A stretch of 42,906 nt of DNA from Nemertoderma westbladi (GCA_032718475.1 JAUCBJ010001067.1:1-42906); one strand, 5' to 3'; positions 21,545 through 34,049 are shown, counted from the stretch's first letter. Program-made: numbers and translations. Notes: a model not told the origin generated them from the letters alone.

Positions 21545-23395
21545 CACAGAGGGGGTGGTACTCTAAACGGACGGGTGGAACTCTACACGGAGGGGCGGTA
21601 CTCTACACGGACGGGTGGTACTCTACACGGACGGATGGTACTCTTCACGGACGGGTGGTACTCTACACGGACGAGTGGTACTCTACACGGACGGGTGGTA
21701 CTCTACACGGACGAGTGGTACTCTACACGGACGGGTGGTACTCTACACGGACGAGTGGTACTCTACACGGACGGGTGGTACTCTACACGGACGGATGGTA
21801 CTCTTCACGGACGAGTGGTACTCTACACGGACGTGTGGAACTCTACGGACGGGTGGTACTCTACACGGACGAGTGGTACTCTTCACGGACGGGTGGTACT
21901 CTACACGGACGAGTGGTACTCTACACGGACGAGTGGTACTCTACACGGACGGGTGGTACTCTACACGGACGGATGGTACTCTACACGGACGGGTGGTACT
22001 CTACACGGACGAGTGGTACTCTACACGGACGAGTGGTACTCTACACGGACGGGTGGTACTCTACACGGACGAGTGGTACTCTACACGGAGGGGTGATACT
22101 CTACACGGATGGGTGGTACTCTACACGGACGGGTGGTACTCTACACAGACGGGTGGTACTCTACACGGACGGGTGGTACTCTACACGGACGAGTGGTACT
22201 CTACACGGACGAGTGGTACTCTACACGGACGGGTGGTACTCTACACGGACGGGTGGTACTCTACACGGACGAGTGGTACTCTACACGGACGAGTGGTACT
22301 CTACACGGACGGGTGGTACTCTACACGGACGAGTGGTACTCTACACGGAGGGGTGATACTCTACACGGACGAGTGGTACTCTACACGGACGGGTGGTACT
22401 CTACACGGACGAGTGGTACTCTACACGGGCGGATGGTACTCTACACGGACGGGTGGTACTCTACACGGACGAGTGGTACTCTACACGGAGGGGTGATACT
22501 CTACACGGATGGGTGGTACTCTACACGGACGGGTGGTACTCTACACGGACGGGTGGTACTCTACACGGACGAGTGGTACTCTACACGGACGAGTGGTACT
22601 CTACACGGACGGGTGGTACTCTACACGGACGGGTGGTACTCTACACGGACGAGTGGTACTCTACACGGACGAGCGGTACTCTAAACGGACGGGTGGTACT
22701 CTACACGGACGAGTGGTACTCTACACGGGCGGATGGTACTCTACACGGACGGGTGGTACTCTACACGGACGAGTGGTACTCTACACGGAGGGGTGATACT
22801 CTACACGGATGGGTGGTACTCTACACGGACGGGTGGTACTCTACACAGACGTGTGGAACTCTACGCGGAGGGGTGGTACTCTACACGGACGGGTGGTAAT
22901 CTATACGGACGGGTGGTACTCTACACGGATGGGTGGCACTCTACACGGACGGGAGGTACTCTACACGGACGGGAGATACTCTACACGGACGGGTGGTACT
23001 CTACACGGACAAGTGGTACTGTACACGGATGGGTGGCACTCTACACGGACGGGAGGTACTCTACACGGACGGGAGATACTCTACACGGACGGGAGGTACT
23101 CTACACGGAGTGCTGGTACTTTACACGGACGGGTGGAACTCTACACAGAGGGGTGGTACTCTACACGGATGGGTGGTACTCTACAAGGACGGGTGGTACT
23201 CTACACGGAGGGGTGGTACTCTACACGGATGGGTGGTAATCTATACGGACGGGTGGTACTCTACACGGCTGGGTTGTACTCTACACGGATGGGTGGTACT
23301 CTACAAGGACGGGTGGTACTCTACACGGAGGGGTGGTACTCTACACGGATGGGTGGTAATCTATACGGACGGGTGGTACTCTACACGGATGGGGT
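21545..23395. repeat. 20-bp minisatellite, ~92 copies (GGACGRGTGGTACTCTACAC)
   Basis: Directly visible. Homogeneous centre, more diverged 3' end. Confidence 0.98.
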
Positions 23396-24169
23396 GAAGG
23401 GGTCAGACTTCAGAGGTCTTTCTATTTATTGTTAGGTCGAATGTCAATTATAGTAGATCTATTTATTAGGGTGAAATTCATAGAAATAGGTTACCACAGT
23501 ATGAATAAACTCGCACATTCTCTATTATCAGATTATCTCTGGCCGTCTATTTATTTCAATTCATTATCATATAATTATATCATAAGCATTATCATTATCA
23601 TATGATTATATCATAAGCATTATCATATACCGGTATCTTTTCATATTTCATTGCGTTAGGGCGTACAAAATGCGAAGTGCGGAGTGCGGTTATCTAAAAA
23701 ATAATGACAATCAAAAATATAATCATAGCGGTACTTCCTTACTACAATCAGTACAGCAATGTGAATAAATTAAATACCGTATGAGAACTGCATCAAATAA
23801 ACACATGTAAAACGTTATAGAGCCTACCTTCTATAGTACCGGTCTTAATAAATGTATCATAATATATCAATAGCAACCTCAATAATATTGAACGGTTTTC
23901 ACTCACCAAACTGTGGCAAAAACAAGTCCCTAAAAGGTGCCACCCTGCTCCATAGCGCGGGAAATTCAAATGATTGAAAGACATATAATTTGTACTGGAA
24001 AGGGTGGCAGATTAGATCTGCCACCTATATTTTAGCGGTAAATTCAAATCTGTTTTAACATTGAATACATGAATAGAGTAAGACTTAAAATGTAATTCAT
24101 TGAATCAGAATAAATTATTTCTTTATCGGTTTAACTCACTCATCCGTTATTGTTGTTGTTTTATCTATT

Positions 24170-24426
24170 CTGGGACTTCGAGCAGCACGTGATCACGTTA
24201 ACAACTAAGGTGACTGGTTAACTAGTCTGGTCTTCGAGCAGCACGTGAACAACTAAGCTTACTGGTTAACTAGTCTGGGACTTCGAGCAGCACGTGAACA
24301 ACTAAGCTTACTGGTTAACTAGTCTGGGACTTCGAGCAGCACGTGAACAACTAAACTGGCTTGTTACCTAGTTTGGAACTTCTACAGTAGCTGCACGTGA
24401 ACAACTAAGCTGATTGGTTAAATAGT
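24170..24426. repeat. ~49-bp tandem repeat x5, each unit with CACGTG
   Basis: Unit ctgggacttcgagcagcacgtgaacaactaagcttactggttaactagt. Confidence 0.92.
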
Positions 24427-24460
24427 ATTTGACCCATAATAACAATTTTATAATTATTTT

Positions 24461-24521
24461 ATCGTTTAATTTACGTTCAATGTGCATGTCATGCACGTAC
24501 ATTGAACGTAAATTAAACGAT
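24461..24521. repeat. Perfect inverted repeat with 23-bp arms
   Basis: atcgtttaatttacgttcaatgt (24461-24483) / acattgaacgtaaattaaacgat (24499-24521). Confidence 0.95.
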
Positions 24522-24939
24522 ATACATATTTCAATCACCTTCTTGTTTTTATCTCATTGTCTGTCCTTTTATTAATGACCCCTATTATTATAAATTGTCC
24601 CTTTGAGTTAATTTTTAGTTAGTCTAGAGGAACAAGACTAAAAGTGATCCGAGAAGAGTTGAGTTTAGATACATGTAATGAGTATTGGAAAAATACAAAA
24701 TCTTCATTATTGCAGATATATAGTATTAATTATTTAGGGCCGGTTCATAAATAAACTACCCCCCCCCCCCCCCGCAACTACCCCACCCCCCCCCCCCCCA
24801 CCCCCACAAAATCACTTCAGAAAAATAATATAATATATTTTTAATTTAGTATAATTCTTAAACAACAAGTTTGCCAGAATGCCATGCGAAGCACAAACTA
24901 AACAACATTAAAAAACATAATACGAAACAGGAAGACCTA

Positions 24940-26231
24940 AGTAGTATAAGAAGCTATGACACGGCATCAAGGTCACCCATAGCCAGCATTACCATCCATT
25001 TCTACTCCTTCCTCCAATCAGAAGCCACCATTTCAACCGTTACCAGTGGTCGTTATTATTTCATCCAATCAGATGCCATCATTTCAACCGTAACCGAGGT
25101 AACTTCTCAAGTTCCCGCTTATTCCGCTAGAGGCGTTATTAGTCACCCAACGAACTTCCTCTCTACTCCTTCCTCCAATCGTGAGCCTTTATTTTACAGG
25201 TGCTCAGGTGTCTACACTTAGCGTCAGGTAACTTCTACTATTTTTAAAATCGCTATTTTTCACCAACCAGTATTTTCATATTCACCAGCCTTTATTTTAC
25301 AGGTGCTCGGGGTATCTACAGGTAACTTCTACTATTTTTCAAATCGCTATTTTTCACCAACCAGTATTTTCATTGTAAGCGGATTCAATTCCACTTACAT
25401 TACCCACCAGAAAATGGACCAGTGGCATTTAGCAATATGTTGGGGATACGAGATTACCAATATTAATCTCGTCTCTTAACCAACATTGGGGGGGGGGGGG
25501 GGGGAGGGCGACACAAGCCCCAAAGCCACAGAGAAAGGTGAGAGGTCAAACCACCTCGGAGGGAGTACAGCTAGTAGAGGATAGCAGCGGGGGGAAACAC
25601 TCGTAGGGAGTGCCAAAGTGACAATTAGTATATTAGCCAATAGTGGGGAAGGAAGCACGTGATAAGGAACAGGAATGCATCCATTGGGTAGAGGGCCAAA
25701 GTACAGTAGGAGGTGAAACCAATATTCAATGTGTGATTAATCATATATTATCTTACATTACTGGTTTACCAGTCAGTTGAGTCATTCAGTCAGTGCAGAC
25801 CGGTCATAGTTAATGACCACCACCGCCATACCGGTAACAATTGACCTGTATTTTCTGCTATATTCATTTATCTGTACCGACGTGTTATTATCGCCTATGT
25901 TAATCAATACCGAGAAACAACAAACTCCTATTGCTTTCACCAACAGCCTTCGGCCAAAGCGACTAACACGATTCCCCAGCAGAATGGTGACGAGTACATT
26001 TATAACCCGGTCGGGATCTCCGATCCCGTCACATTCATATCTTTTATTTCAGGTGTCTTTCTACCCATAATTTTTCACCAGTAACTAAATTTCATTTCGC
26101 AATTTTTCAGATAACAAAATATTCAACTGGGATTGAACATGGGACCATCATGATTTGCAACAATTCACCGTTCACTCTTCCATCCAACCTCGAGAGAAAA
26201 AGGCGACAAATATCCGTGTTATACCGTAGCC
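24940..26231 (+). repeat. Left terminal inverted repeat, with ~760 bp absent from the right TIR
   Basis: 24940-25281 and 26034-26231 are reverse complements of 41493-42011. Confidence 0.93.
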
Positions 26232-26949
26232 TGATCTATTTTGCTTCATTTACTGTTATTATTCACTTTCTATTGGTTACACATGTTCTTAGTTGATTGG
26301 TTGTATATATAAAATGATCTATATAAATATATGAATAGAATAGAAAACATATTATTACATCCGACAAGACAGATTTATTTATCTGTCTTGTCGCTGTTTT
26401 TTAATTGTTATTACATAAAATAATAATAATAATAATGTCTTCTGATACACCTGCGCCTGTAATAAGACATACATTTAATTAGGGTTCGATCGGTACATAT
26501 AGTACAGATCTAGTACATTGGCCAGGCTGTCCAGCTGTCAGGCAGTACCCGAATGACCGTATAAATAATATAGATTATATTATATCATTACTCAGTAGGC
26601 CTATACAGGTATGTCAGTCGTCAGTCTGTAGATCTATGCTATTACTACCGTACTAGATAGACAGATAGATATCCGTTAATTGATTATGTAAAGCAGTAAA
26701 GAGCCCCCACCCTCCCCTGAGCTATCTGCAAAAATAATTATGGCCAACTCAAGGCTAAATAACAAACAATGTTGCTCCGGTCCGGCTCCGGCCCCGGCTC
26801 TGGCACTTTTAGGTTGCTCTGGGCCGGTACCCGGCTCCGGCAAAAAAAATAGCTCAAGGCGAAACCTACATTTAATACTGTTGATAATCTTACTTGTATT
26901 GTTATTGGTAACACTATTTATTGTCCTTCACAACCTAATTTTAAAATAG

Positions 26950-27257
26950 ATATTTCTGAACAAGCAAGAAAAGAACTACGATCTATTGATATTTTCGGCG
27001 AGGTAGATTCTACTAATTACCTTTTAGATTACAAAGAAGAAGATGATTTAGATAAATTCACAATTTTATCAATGTCAGATAACTTTATTGTTATTAGTCA
27101 ATATAGCGGTAATATAGCGAGCAATAAATGTGAAACGTTTGAGATCAAATTAGATCGTAAAAATGCTTATGAAATTATGGCTTTGTTTATAGTTATTATT
27201 TCGAAAGAAACCCTTGTAACTACTGATGAAACTGATGACAATGAAGATGATTCTTGA
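26950..27257 (+). CDS. Small acidic hypothetical Polinton ORF (start uncertain)
   Basis: Open frame with an acidic C-terminus at the head of the co-oriented gene cluster. Confidence 0.3.
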
Positions 27258-27324
27258 CTCTTTCAGCTATATTATAAATATTTTATCAACATTTTAACGA
27301 TTTTGGTTTGGTTATTTAAGAAAA

Positions 27325-27618
27325 ATGGATATTTTAATAAACACAAATTGTAGTATTTGTTATTCTAATTTAAAACATCTTGATTGTTACTTATGTGTTA
27401 ATAAGCATGGAACTTACGTGACATGTATTGATCAATATGTCAAAATTAATGATTGTACTAAAATTTGTCCAATTTGTAGAGTAAAGACACTTTGCAGAGT
27501 AAACAAGTTATATAATCCATATTATTGGAAAGAGCTGCGGAATTCTATCTACATTTCAGGAAAAAGTAACGAACCTAACGATTTACAATATCACAGAATA
27601 TTTTTTATCGATATATAG
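27325..27618 (+). CDS. RING-finger-like protein (one Zn ligand apparently mutated)
   Basis: CSIC...C-x3-H-x2-Y-x2-C...CPICR. Confidence 0.6.
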   Translation: MDILINTNCSICYSNLKHLDCYLCVNKHGTYVTCIDQYVKINDCTKICPICRVKTLCRVNKLYNPYYWKELRNSIYISGKSNEPNDLQYHRIFFIDI

Positions 27619-28022
27619 TGAAAAAAGGTGGTTTTATGGTACCTTGGCTGTTTGATGAAGAACATAAAAATATCACAGTAAAATTAAATAAGAATTTGCG
27701 TAGTTTTGACATTTACTTTAAGACATATAAAGATGAATCATCTTCGAGAGGTATAAAACCAAAAAAGTATTATTTGAAACTTGATGAAGGTATTCTTTGC
27801 AATGATTTGTGTATGAGAGTAATTCGCACTTTAACTGAACATACTCTAAGTCATATTTCCAGTACTAAATGCTACGGGCGTGGTATAGAACATAAATGTC
27901 AAACTAAGAAATGTAACAAATTTATACGATGTCACCGCTATCTCACTTGGTATGGACATTATTTAAATAGAAAACAATGTCTGTTAATTGCTGGTATACG
28001 ATTACACAATCTTTTCAAATAA
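27618..28022 (+). CDS. Hypothetical Polinton protein with a Cys/His-rich C-terminus
   Basis: 134-aa ORF tightly packed between the RING-like and ATPase genes. Confidence 0.45.
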   Translation: MKKGGFMVPWLFDEEHKNITVKLNKNLRSFDIYFKTYKDESSSRGIKPKKYYLKLDEGILCNDLCMRVIRTLTEHTLSHISSTKCYGRGIEHKCQTKKCNKFIRCHRYLTWYGHYLNRKQCLLIAGIRLHNLFK

Positions 28023-28190
28023 GGTAAAAAGCAGAACGAAAGATTGCCTTGATAAATATACTAATACTACAGTTGTACATACTTTTTGTTGTAAAATGCG
28101 GTTTTTTGTGAATTGTTACATATATACATAGTAATGGTGATGGTTCTTTATGTTATATTATATTATATTGTTGATATATCTTAATAATAA

Positions 28191-28800
28191 ATGGCTGACT
28201 TTAATATAGGACCATATAATTTAAATTTTCAAATGGGAACGAGCATGATAATTTCTGGCCCATCTGGTTTGGGTAAATCTACCTTTGTCAGTAACTTAAT
28301 TAAACACAAGAATGGTTGCTTCAATGAACCTCCCTTGCGAGTATTGTATTGTTACGGGAGCAATCCCCCAACTATTCCTGGTATTACTCACCTTTACAAA
28401 GGTTTGCCTGAAAATGTAGACAGTTTAGTAAATAGTCAAGATTTATTAATTATAGACGATTTATTAACAGAAACTGAGTCCAGTACAGCCTTAACTGTAT
28501 TGTTTACTAAGGTTGCTCATCATTCCAATGTATTTATTTGTTTCATAATGCAAAACATGTTTTACAGTGGGAAGCATAACCGTACAAGATCAATTAATTG
28601 CCATACCTTAGTATTAATGAAAAATCCTCGAGACAGTTTATCGGTTTTAAATTTCGCAAAGCAGATGTTACCTGGGCAGACCAATTTTGTAGTAGATTCC
28701 TATCAAGATGCAACTATTGAGCCATTTTCGCATTTCATAATTGATTTATGACAGGAAACACCCTAACATTTAAGATTTAGATCGGATATATTTCGTAATC
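28191..28800 (+). pseudogene. Polinton packaging ATPase (A32/FtsK-HerA-like) with premature stops
   Basis: Walker A GPSGLGKS, Walker B LLIIDDL, then HH...MQN and MKNPRD. Similarity continues past the TGA at 28749 (QETP*HLRFRSDIF). Confidence 0.9.
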
Positions 28801-28904
28801 ATAATTGTTACATTAAAAATTACATTGACTATAAATGTAGCGATAATAATAATAATAATAATTAATATTTATATTTTGTAAAATTTTTCAATAATGTTGC
28901 AACA

Positions 28905-29288
28905 ATGAATAGACTTGTGCAGAAATATCGTAACGAATTGGAATTTCTACGCAGCGCTACCCCTCAACAAAGAACTTATTTTATTAACCATACCGCGAGT
29001 AACAAATTAATATGCCTCATTGTAAATGCTGCATTAAATGTTCTAAAAGGTAACGTACAATTGACCCCCCATTCATTTAGAAATATTCGCCGTTATAAAA
29101 AGGTATTAAAATCACTCAACTGCAAAACAAAAAATATATAAAGTTACAGAAAAAAGTTAACCAATCAATCTGGTGGTATACTTCCGTTTCTAATACCCCT
29201 ACTCGGCATTGGTGCGAAACTTGCTGCGGGGGCTGGTGCCGCCACCGCTGGAGTGGCTATAGCGAAAAGAATTATCCGTGGACGGTAA
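28905..29288 (+). pseudogene. Conserved small basic Polinton core protein with a QxGG/ILP amphipathic tail (adenovirus pX-like); one in-frame TAA
   Basis: LNVLKGNVQL...YKKVLKSL, then in the same frame after TAA (29139-29141): SYRKKLTNQSGGILPFLIPLLGIGAKLAAGAGAATAGVAIAKRIIRGR*. Confidence 0.75.
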
Positions 29289-29521
29289 AAATAATTATAA
29301 TAATAATGGTTAAAACGGGAGTAACATTTAGAAAATTATATTTAGTATCGATTAAACCATTAGCTACTGATTTAAAACCTCAAGATATACCTAGAGTAAA
29401 TACAAAAAGAAAACTCAACAAAACATCAACTTCAAAGAAAATAAAAAAATTTCAGCTGTTTTTATGGTGATGCCCTTTATAAGAGATTTGAATATACATA
29501 TTACTTGTGGTTGTCGGAAAG

Positions 29522-30622
29522 ATGCCTCTCAAGATGAGACCAATTTTAAGCCGGAGCTTAGACAAAAAACTGTTAAGAATTTATTCAGATCCTTCATCAC
29601 CTGCGAGTTTTGCAATTATCGCAAAATTAGCAAAAGCGGCAAACATCAAACCATCTCAAGCCCAGAAATGGTTAAGCAGGCAAAAGACATACACCCTTTA
29701 TGCACCACATAGACATCATTATCCAACATCTAAAATATTTACGGGAGGGTTAAAAGATATATATATATGATAGATCTGGTGGATAAGCAGCAATATAAAT
29801 CACAAAATATTAATTATAACTATATATTAACATGTATTGATGCCTTTAGTCGGCTTGCTTTCACCTATGGTATAAAAACAAAAACAGGTATTGAAATTAT
29901 TAGTATATTGCAAAAAATATTCCAGAAAGGTAAACCAAACAGAATCGCGACTGATAAAGGATCTGAGTTTCTAAATAAATCTGTGAGGAAATATTTAGAT
30001 ACTATTGGTGTATGGTATTACGTAATGTACACTGTGAATAAGGCGGCTATAGTCGAGAGATTCAATAGAACATTAAAAACAAAAATTTTCAAAATTTTCA
30101 CGCAACGTGGGAATAATGTTTGGGTAAAAATTTTACCAAAGCATATTTTCTTATAGCTTATTTAGCTTATTGAGGTCATTTCATAGGACTATACAAATGA
30201 CGCCCAATGAAGTTAATAAATTTCATGAAACTGAATTAATTAATAGATTATATGGGAAATATCGACAGATTAATCATAAAAAAATAAAATTTAAAGTAGG
30301 TGATACAGTACGATTATCTATTGCTCGTACTGCTTTTGCTAAAGGCTATCGAGAACAATGGACTCGTGAATTATTTATTATTCATTGGGTCAGATTGGAT
30401 AGAGTACCGGCGATAATGTTTGATATTAAGGACAGCGCTGGAGCTATAATAAATGGTTCATTTTATTCATACGAACTCCAAAAGGTCCACCCGAGTAGTA
30501 ATATTTATCTTCCGATTGACAAAAATATGGGCAAACTTAAAGAACGTGTGCGTAATGGGAAAAAAAAAATATTTAGTCAGATTTATCGGGTCCAAGAAGC
30601 AATCCTGGGTACAGCATATTAA
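29522..30622 (+). pseudogene. int: Polinton retroviral-like DDE integrase, disrupted into three pieces
   Basis: YSDPSSPASF, WLSRQKTYTL, IDLVD, LTCIDAFSR, TDKGSEF, VERFNRTLK, HRTIQMTP, FKVGDTVR, KGYREQWT, GSFYSYELQKV. Confidence 0.95.
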
Positions 30623-30869
30623 ATAAGTTTAGGCTTATACTGAATATTAATTCATTGTGCGAATAATGGTCACATATGGCATAATTAATCAATATTAACT
30701 TGAATGATATTACTATATTATACTGTAAGTCTAATATGTATTATAGTTCATTCGCTTTAAATATTGATCTCTCGCATATACTGTAGAAGCAATGAATGTG
30801 ACGACAGATGTTTATAATTTAACATTATACAGTATGTACTAGCGAGTCAAGTAGAGAGCTTAAATAATA

Positions 30870-31736
30870 ATGGCCATAGATACATATATAACTCTAGTTT
30901 CGGATAGCTCTTTAAACACATACCCCATTAATAGCCCTAGCAAGTTTACTGTTGATTTAGCCGAAGAATTATATATTGGTCCAAACGCTAAAATTGGGCT
31001 TGCTGAAATCCAATACCAAGCAAAGTACAGCAATATTACTCTGCAAACTCAAATCTCTCTGTCAATCGGGGTAGATGCAAAAGATGCCAAATCATACAGT
31101 TTATTTCCTGGTATGCATAGCTCTATTCAAGTCATTATTTATGATATAAATAAACTGTTTAATTCTGAAGCAAAATATAAAGATTTCGAATTCATTTTTA
31201 ATACCAATAATTCTAGAATTAAATTTAAATTTCCTAAAAAGTTGAAAAAAATACAATTAAGTCTACGCGGTGATTTAATACAAATTCTAGGCTTAAAAGA
31301 ATTATTGGATCAGAATCATCCGGATATTCTGAATTGGGATATATACAGTACGACTACGGTAGGTGAATTAAGCAATATAGAACAGCCGATATTAATTTTA
31401 AATTATAGAGGACCAAATATTTCAGAAATTGGTATTTTTCATTTTCTGGCGCCGACAAACATTACACGTAATAAAGACACTATCTTCATATATACAGACA
31501 TAATTGAGAGCTCTTTTGTTGGTGACGCTTTAGCTCCGCTCTTTAGAACCTGTCCTTTATCTCAATTAAACTGAAAATATTTTAATCATGAATATGAAAG
31601 TATCTGTTATTATCCATTGTTGAATAAAAAACTGAAAACAATCTTAATTACTTTACGTGACGGTCAAGGTGAATTAATTAATTTCAACGGGGGTCGCACT
31701 GTTATAACACTTAAGTTAATACGTGGCGATGGATGA
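30870..31736 (+). pseudogene. Penton-like minor capsid protein 1 (single in-frame TGA at 31572)
   Basis: YITLVSDSS..YPINSPSKFTVDL, IGLAEIQY, IFIYTDIIE..VGD..APLFR; after the stop YYPL...ITLRDGQGELINFNGG...ITLKL. Confidence 0.85.
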
Positions 31737-32353
31737 ATTCTATATTAGGCTACCGAGTAACTCGTGCCCAATTAATTTTCCGGGTAATACAAATAGTAAT
31801 TATCAGATCAATTTACCTATAATTTACCTATAAATCCAAATGAAAACTGGGTGGTTGGTATAAAACGTATATTTTACTTAGCCACGTTACCGTCCATGTA
31901 TAACAATGTAGGGAATGTTTATTTTATTAAAAAAAGGGAAAAAAAACTTTGAGGATACACTTCCATCTGGTTTGTTCTACAGGATTAATGACATTATAGA
32001 TTATTTTAACACAGGCGTGTTGAAAGATAAATTACAAATACAGTAGTTGAAAATACTCAGCAAAATAGATTGCAATTTATTTTAGGGAAAACTGTACGTG
32101 AATTATTTATAGGACAACAATTAGCCTATTATTTTGGAATTACTGAAAATAATCTTGGAGTGAATTTAAATCCAAATTTTAAAATTATTTTGAAGACGAA
32201 AAATAATATATAGGGTTATTTAATAAAAATTATCGGAAATGAAGAAAAAACTTACCAAATGGTATTTTTATGTCCTCAACCACCCAATTCTATTCCAGAA
32301 CCTAAGTCGAACATGTACGTGACTACTAATATAATTGAAAATGAATATATTAA
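31729..32353 (+). pseudogene. Penton-like minor capsid protein 2 (frameshifted, truncated by an insertion)
   Basis: MDEFYIRLPSNSCPINFPGNTNSNYQINLP...NWVVGIKRI, later MYVTTNIIENEYI just before TTAA. Confidence 0.75.
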
Positions 32354-33340
32354 CCCTATTAGTACTGGGCCATAAAATGTTGTATAAATACCGGGAGGGG
32401 GTCATATTGATCCCCTCCCCCCTCTAAAATCTACAAATTTTTACGAAAACGTTTGATTTTTTGTTTGTACGTAGGTATCACTAGTCTGGATCCTACCGAA
32501 AAAAAAAAATTTTCAAAAAAATGTACTGGGGTGGTTATATAGCAGCACCAAAATTACAAGTAGTGCACAATTTTCACAAAATTTAAAAGTTACATTTTTC
32601 GGCTAATTGTTTTTCGATACAAGTTTTCTGGGGCGCAAAATACATTGGAAAATATTTAAAAATTATATGATTACTATAAATGGCTGTTTAGTCCTCTCTA
32701 CGTAGGAAAAAAATGAAAAAAACAAGTAACCAGCACTTTTCAGTTAGAACACAAAATTTTTAATTCACTTATATGATGCTATAAATTCACATTTTCAGGT
32801 TTTCTAGTCCGCTGATTCTAATGGAATACATTTCTAATATGCCAGATCATTGCTTCTTGTATTTTTCGGCGTAATTTGGCAAATTTTCGTGCAAGCACCA
32901 AATTTCCTACCCATCACCAAAAAGTACAAGTTTGCAATGTCCAGTGCTGTTTTTATGGATTCCATCGGATTCAGGACCCTCATAAACCAATATAATGCAA
33001 GAAACAAGATGATACTATCTACTGATCAATTTGCTTATTTTCCAAAATTTGGTGCTGGCACAACAATTTTCACCCACCGGCGAAAAATACAAGTTTGAAA
33101 ACTCTTATGAAATTTTTACTGATTCCATTGAATTCAGAACCCTCACAAACCCGTATAACGCAAGAAACAAGGTGACACAATCAATTGATATATTTGATGG
33201 TTTTCAAAATTTGGTGCTAGTACCACATTTTGTACCCACTTACGAAAAATACAAGTTTGAAATGTCTAGTTCGATAAATATATATTTAATGGAAATTACA
33301 ACGATCTCGTATCTTCTCTATTGTTTTACCAAATAACGAG
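32350..33340. mobile_element. One end of a piggyBac-like non-autonomous element with ~170-bp internal repeats; right boundary unknown
   Basis: TTAA|CCCT start where penton 2 stops. Subterminal palindrome ggagggggtca-tat-tgatcccctcc (~32393-32420). Repeated modules at 32880-33270. No matching other end found. Confidence 0.5.
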
Positions 33341-34049
33341 TTATTACCCTATTGAAAAATCAGAGTAGACTAACTAAGCCCATGCCATTTACAGTGTAAA
33401 TATTTGTTAAATTTGTTAAGTCCGAAGTACTTTTGTAATCTACAATGTTTTAAAAATCGTGTACTAGATATTCCAAGTATTTATCAGTACTTAACAAATA
33501 TACAAAAATATTTCCAATCCTTATTATATTTGAAAAAATTTAGCAAATTTGACAAATTTTTAAGTGGAATTAATAACAAATTTGTGAAGTCATTTAATGG
33601 AATTACAGAGGGGGAGAATTTCATACCTACATAATTTCCCGCTTTTTTTTCAATTAAAATTGTCCAATAGAAGTGAAGTATGTTGTAGGCCTACACTGGA
33701 TAGCAATGTTTTGGCGGGCATTCCATATCATACTACTGTACTAGGCTTTGAAGATTTGTTGTATTGTACTGGTGGTACCAACTACAGGTTACTTTCTGTC
33801 AAGGACTACTATAGGCCTAATAAGGACTGCTGGCACATCAGATCTTCAGGTACCGCTAGCAGGGGCCGTTCTGTATGTAATGCTGCAATTACACTGATAC
33901 ATGCAGTAGGCTACCGGTATAGCCTACTGAATTACCAATGCAGTCTCTGTGGCAGTATGGTACTAATTTTTATAGGCTGAGGCTGCTAATTCTTTGTTTT
34001 ATAGTAGTAGTACCGGTACTGCTGTACTGTAGTAATTTAATACAGTAAT

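Noticed and set aside
21575-23435. Nine overlapping long ORFs with repetitive peptides, and a superficial CRISPR-like look
   Set aside because: The ORFs are by-products of a stop-free 20-bp tandem unit. There are no unique spacers and no cas genes.
24170-24426. Possible CRISPR array
   Set aside because: The units are contiguous tandem copies without unique spacers, in a eukaryotic context.
26740-26949. ORF with GPAPAP repeat and hydrophobic tail
   Set aside because: Built from a short (GCTCCG)-type repeat and AT-rich sequence. Probably a small insertion rather than a gene.
32850-33980. Several 76-127-aa ORFs
   Set aside because: They lie in internal repeats and low-complexity filler with no protein motifs.
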